This document shows, in pieces, positions 61,199-64,000 of a DNA stretch of 64,000 nt (position 1 is the stretch's first letter; each line of letters opens with the position of its first letter). Source of the stretch: Candidatus Dormiibacterota bacterium (GTDB taxonomy: Bacteria > Chloroflexota > Dormibacteria > Dormibacterales > Dormibacteraceae); the NCBI GenBank assembly GCA_036844615.1, contig DAIUFK010000001.1, forward strand, positions 9,694 to 73,693, read 5' to 3'. The position numbers and the translations under genes were made by a program. A model generated the notes under the pieces. The model saw nothing but the letters and a program-made list of their open reading frames with translations, made no database searches and had not been told where the DNA came from.

Positions 61199-62170
61199 TT
61201 AGGAGATGTTGCGTTTCAAGCCCCGAACGCCACGCCTCGCCCTGCTTTCGAGATCGAGCAGCCGCGACCCAGTGGATGACAGGACGAGCTCCCAGGCGCC
61301 GGCGTACGCCACCTCCTCGCCGCCGAACTCGGCCTTGAAGAAGCCGAGGCCGTGCCATGGATGTTTCGGTCCTGCGCCTGGCGGAGGCACGCCCCACAGG
61401 TCGTAGTCCCGGAGACCGGCTTCGGCGGCGGATCGAATGCCCGACCACCACGCCAGGTCGTTCGCCATGAGCTCAGGGTGTGCCCCGCTCCTCCCGGCGA
61501 ACAGGTGGTAGGCGCGTCCGGCGTGCCTGGCGACGAGGACGGCTGACAGGGCCTCGTGAGTCTCGGGGTGGTAGCCGACGTAGGTGCGGCACCACGGCAG
61601 CAGCTCGAGAAGGAGCTCGTAGTAGCGCTGGGTCGGCAGGTTTATCGATGCCCTTCGCTCGACGGCTGCCGACTGGCGGCCAAGCTCCGCCGCGTCCTTG
61701 CCCTCTTCGACGACGACTCCCCGCCTCAGGCCGGCCCGAATGTTGTAGCGCCTGCCTTGCTTGAAGGAGGCGAGCATCTCGTCCGGCGGGCGCATGGTGA
61801 GGATCCGCGTGTGCTCAGGCTGGGTCGGCGCAATCTTGGCAAAACCACGTTCGGCGAGAACCGCGCCGAACTCAGGCGGGGCCTCGGGCTCGAGCCGAAG
61901 CTTGGCGATCTTCGCCGCACGGGCCCAATCGACGAGTGAGTCGATCGAGCCGGCGGAGACAGGGACAGGTCCGCGCGGAACGTACGCCTCGCGCACCGGA
62001 CCGACGCCGCGCAGTTGAACGCTCGCCATCGCGCCGCCCGCAAGCTTTACACGCTCCACGGTCCAGCCGGCGTGCGATTGCACCTCGCCCCAGCCCCATG
62101 TCTGGAGCAGAGGTGACGGCGAGGCCTGCTCTTCGAGGTCGCGGTCCCAGCTCGCTGCGCCCGCGCTCAT
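61199..62170 (-). CDS. FemAB-family peptidoglycan interpeptide-bridge aminoacyltransferase-like protein
   Basis: LLQTWGWGEV, RRYNIRAG, and YHLFAGRS...DLWGV...GLGFFKAEFGG at the C-terminus. Confidence 0.75.
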   Translation of the reverse strand: MSAGAASWDRDLEEQASPSPLLQTWGWGEVQSHAGWTVERVKLAGGAMASVQLRGVGPVREAYVPRGPVPVSAGSIDSLVDWARAAKIAKLRLEPEAPPEFGAVLAERGFAKIAPTQPEHTRILTMRPPDEMLASFKQGRRYNIRAGLRRGVVVEEGKDAAELGRQSAAVERRASINLPTQRYYELLLELLPWCRTYVGYHPETHEALSAVLVARHAGRAYHLFAGRSGAHPELMANDLAWWSGIRSAAEAGLRDYDLWGVPPPGAGPKHPWHGLGFFKAEFGGEEVAYAGAWELVLSSTGSRLLDLESRARRGVRGLKRNIS

Positions 62171-62793
62171 CCGATCTCCAGGCCCCCTAAGGTGCCTACC
62201 TCGAGGTGCCCTATGTCGTTGACGCCGCTGACGACAAGCCTGCCGTTGCGCTTCTCGATCACCGACATGGAGGTGTTCTGGATCCTGAACGGGAAGATGC
62301 CGCGGCCGGGCCGGCCCACCACGTGATGAAGCGCAATCTGGATGACGCCCCCATGCGTCACCGCCAGCACGTCGCCCTGCTGGTGGCTGTCAAACAGCGA
62401 ATCGAGGGCAACCTTCACCCTCGCTTCGAACGGCGCGGAGCCTTCGCCGCCCGGGACGAGGTCCCAGTCTGGCTCCTCCGTCCAGCCTGCCCATGCCTTC
62501 GGATACCGGACCGCGAGCTCTTCAGCGAGCAGGCCCTCCCATTCGCCGAGGTAGATCTCCCGAAGTCCTGCCATCGGAGTGGGCTCAATCCCGACAGCCT
62601 CGCCGATAACCCTCGATGTCTCGAGCGCCCGCTTCAGGTCGCTCGAGTAAAAGCCGCTGAACTTGCGTCCGGCCAGGCGGCGACCGAGCCGCGCAGCCTG
62701 GCGGCGCCCCTCGTCTGAAAGCGGGGGATCGAGCTGGCCCTGGATGCGGTGCTCATGGTTCCACGTCGACTGGCCGTGGCGAACGAGCAGCAA
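62167..62793 (-). CDS. histidine phosphatase (phosphoglycerate mutase-like) family protein
   Basis: LLVRHGQSTWN (RHG motif), WEG and VTHGGVI. It overlaps the FemAB-family gene by 4 nt. Confidence 0.85.
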   Translation of the reverse strand: MLLVRHGQSTWNHEHRIQGQLDPPLSDEGRRQAARLGRRLAGRKFSGFYSSDLKRALETSRVIGEAVGIEPTPMAGLREIYLGEWEGLLAEELAVRYPKAWAGWTEEPDWDLVPGGEGSAPFEARVKVALDSLFDSHQQGDVLAVTHGGVIQIALHHVVGRPGRGIFPFRIQNTSMSVIEKRNGRLVVSGVNDIGHLEVGTLGGLEIG

Positions 62794-62937
62794 GCGTGCT
62801 GAAGTTGGCTGGGGTGGGTTCGCAACGGCTTCGCCGGCCTCGGGCTGCTCTGGGCGCGCGGATCTGATACCGATATCTATACTAACTTTCTCGTAATCCC
62901 ACGATCGGAGAGCTGGGCCGATCTCAGGAGATGACGC

Positions 62938-64000
62938 TTGCAGTCACACGGCTCGTTGGCCGAAACGCCTCTTCGCTCGCTGCTGGAAGCCGCTCAAGGC
63001 GAGCGGTCCACCGGTACGCTTACGCTCAGGAATGGTTCAGGCGAACCGACTTCGCTGTACTTCCTGTTCGGCCACCTTTTCCACGCCCAGGGAGACGGTT
63101 TGGCCGGTGACGACGCGGTCGTCCGCGCACTCACCTGGAGCAAGGGCGAGTTCGAGTTCGACGCGAAGGCTAAGCTACCCGCCGATGAGACAGTCAAGGC
63201 CGGCATCCCCGAGCTGGTCCACGCAGCCGAGGCCGCGCCGAAGCACGGCGATACCGAACCCCCCAAGGTCGAGAAGGCCGAAGCGCGAGGGGAGCGCCGA
63301 GACAATCCTGAACCGGAGAGAAAGGTGGAAGCACCCCAGCCAAGACGCGGCGTGAAGCACCGACCGCAGCCCAAGCACGGCCGTGAGCCGATACCTGTAC
63401 CTGCCGGGCAGGTCATCTACGACTCGCTCAAGACGTCGTTCGTCGATTTCCCGCGCCTGATCACCACGCTCGAGAAGGAGGGGTACACCGGTTACGTGCG
63501 CCTGCTCACCGACGACGCGACAGGATTGATCCTTTTTCGCGAGGGCTCGGCGCTCGAGTGCATGTACGACGGGGCTGCCGAACCAGGCGGCCTGATGCTC
63601 GGCAAGACCGCGCTGCACCAGTTCAATGAGGACGTCACCACAGGACACGGAGTCCTCGACGTGGTAGGCCTGTCGCCTGAGCTCATCGATGGCCTCTACG
63701 AGCTCACCGTCTCGAAGCCGATGTACACCGAGCTTTACGCGGCCTGGGTCGACATGAAGGCGCTTCTCAAGTTCCTAAGCGATCGCAAGCTGAGCGGCAG
63801 CGTGATGATTCGAGCCGCTTCAGGCACCGGCGTGATCATCCTTTCCGACGGCGAGCTCGCGGGCGCCTACACCAGCGAGTCGCGCGACATCTCTGACAAG
63901 CCCGACCGCGCGCTGGCCCTCTGCGACGACCCCAACGCGATGATCGAGGTCAAGTCTGCTGACGCGACCAAGCACCCGCCGCTCGACGTCGACGAGGTGG
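62938..64000 (+). CDS. DUF4388 (PATAN-like) repeat protein, 3' end outside the window
   Basis: This frame is open from TTG 62938 (AGGAG lies 8 nt upstream) to the window end, so it is absent from the track. It reads TPLRSLLEAAQGERSTGTLTLRNGSGEPTSLYFLFGHLFHAQGDGLAGDDAVVRALTWSKGEFEF, then a basic Pro/Lys linker and two more similar modules. Confidence 0.6.
   Translation, partial: MQSHGSLAETPLRSLLEAAQGERSTGTLTLRNGSGEPTSLYFLFGHLFHAQGDGLAGDDAVVRALTWSKGEFEFDAKAKLPADETVKAGIPELVHAAEAAPKHGDTEPPKVEKAEARGERRDNPEPERKVEAPQPRRGVKHRPQPKHGREPIPVPAGQVIYDSLKTSFVDFPRLITTLEKEGYTGYVRLLTDDATGLILFREGSALECMYDGAAEPGGLMLGKTALHQFNEDVTTGHGVLDVVGLSPELIDGLYELTVSKPMYTELYAAWVDMKALLKFLSDRKLSGSVMIRAASGTGVIILSDGELAGAYTSESRDISDKPDRALALCDDPNAMIEVKSADATKHPPLDVDEV

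Overview
Very GC-rich 64-kb chromosomal segment (GC not computed; strong GC3 bias, many GTG/TTG starts, frequent 1-4 nt start/stop overlaps). Gene content suggests a high-GC Terrabacteria-type bacterium (Actinomycetota/Chloroflexota-like). It is almost entirely coding, with about 80 protein genes. I found no rRNA, tRNA, CRISPR array, transposase, integrase or phage genes, so it reads as core chromosome rather than a mobile island. All family names come from reading the translations by eye; no searches were run.

Gene order: LLM oxidoreductase fragment, DinB, CBS protein; Zur plus a divergent znuABC-like Zn uptake operon; two ABC-2 exporters; a methyltransferase; an ECF sigma module; a class III aminotransferase; a sigma-region-4 membrane protein. 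Next comes a large nucleoside salvage/catabolism block: deoC, two ALDH genes, hpt, add, upp, a nucleoside phosphorylase, deoA and a BMP-type nucleoside ABC importer. Then HAD, MFS, gpx and an AlkZ/YcaQ-like protein; DUF4013-pxpBC convergent with moaC-mogA-pxpA-GNAT-peroxiredoxin; larB with a Mut7-C RNase; cupin and Zn-ribbon proteins; a NifS-like/XdhC pair; a Ser/Thr kinase; lysA, rsmG. A Pho locus follows (pstS, soluble PhoR-like kinase, pstB, phoU, phoP-like regulator, pstCA, two DUF47 genes, arsC, PiT). The window ends with NUDIX-thiGES, murE, folPK, an orphan response regulator, FemAB, a histidine phosphatase and a partial DUF4388 protein.

Best leads:
1. An AhpE/BCP-type peroxiredoxin whose only interruption is an in-frame TGA exactly at the peroxidatic Cys position, followed by a SECIS-like hairpin. 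It is a probable selenoprotein that the ORF track splits.
2. An ECF sigma flanked by two paralogous proteins sharing an undescribed C-x13-C (HGIG) extracytoplasmic module.
3. A membrane-anchored protein carrying only sigma-70 region 4.
4. An orphan OmpR-type regulator with Glu in place of the phospho-acceptor Asp.
5. An interleaved pst/two-component operon with 11-bp-phased TTAA repeats at two promoters.
6. A catalytically dead half-size ALDH paralog.
7. A 415-bp structured non-coding gap.
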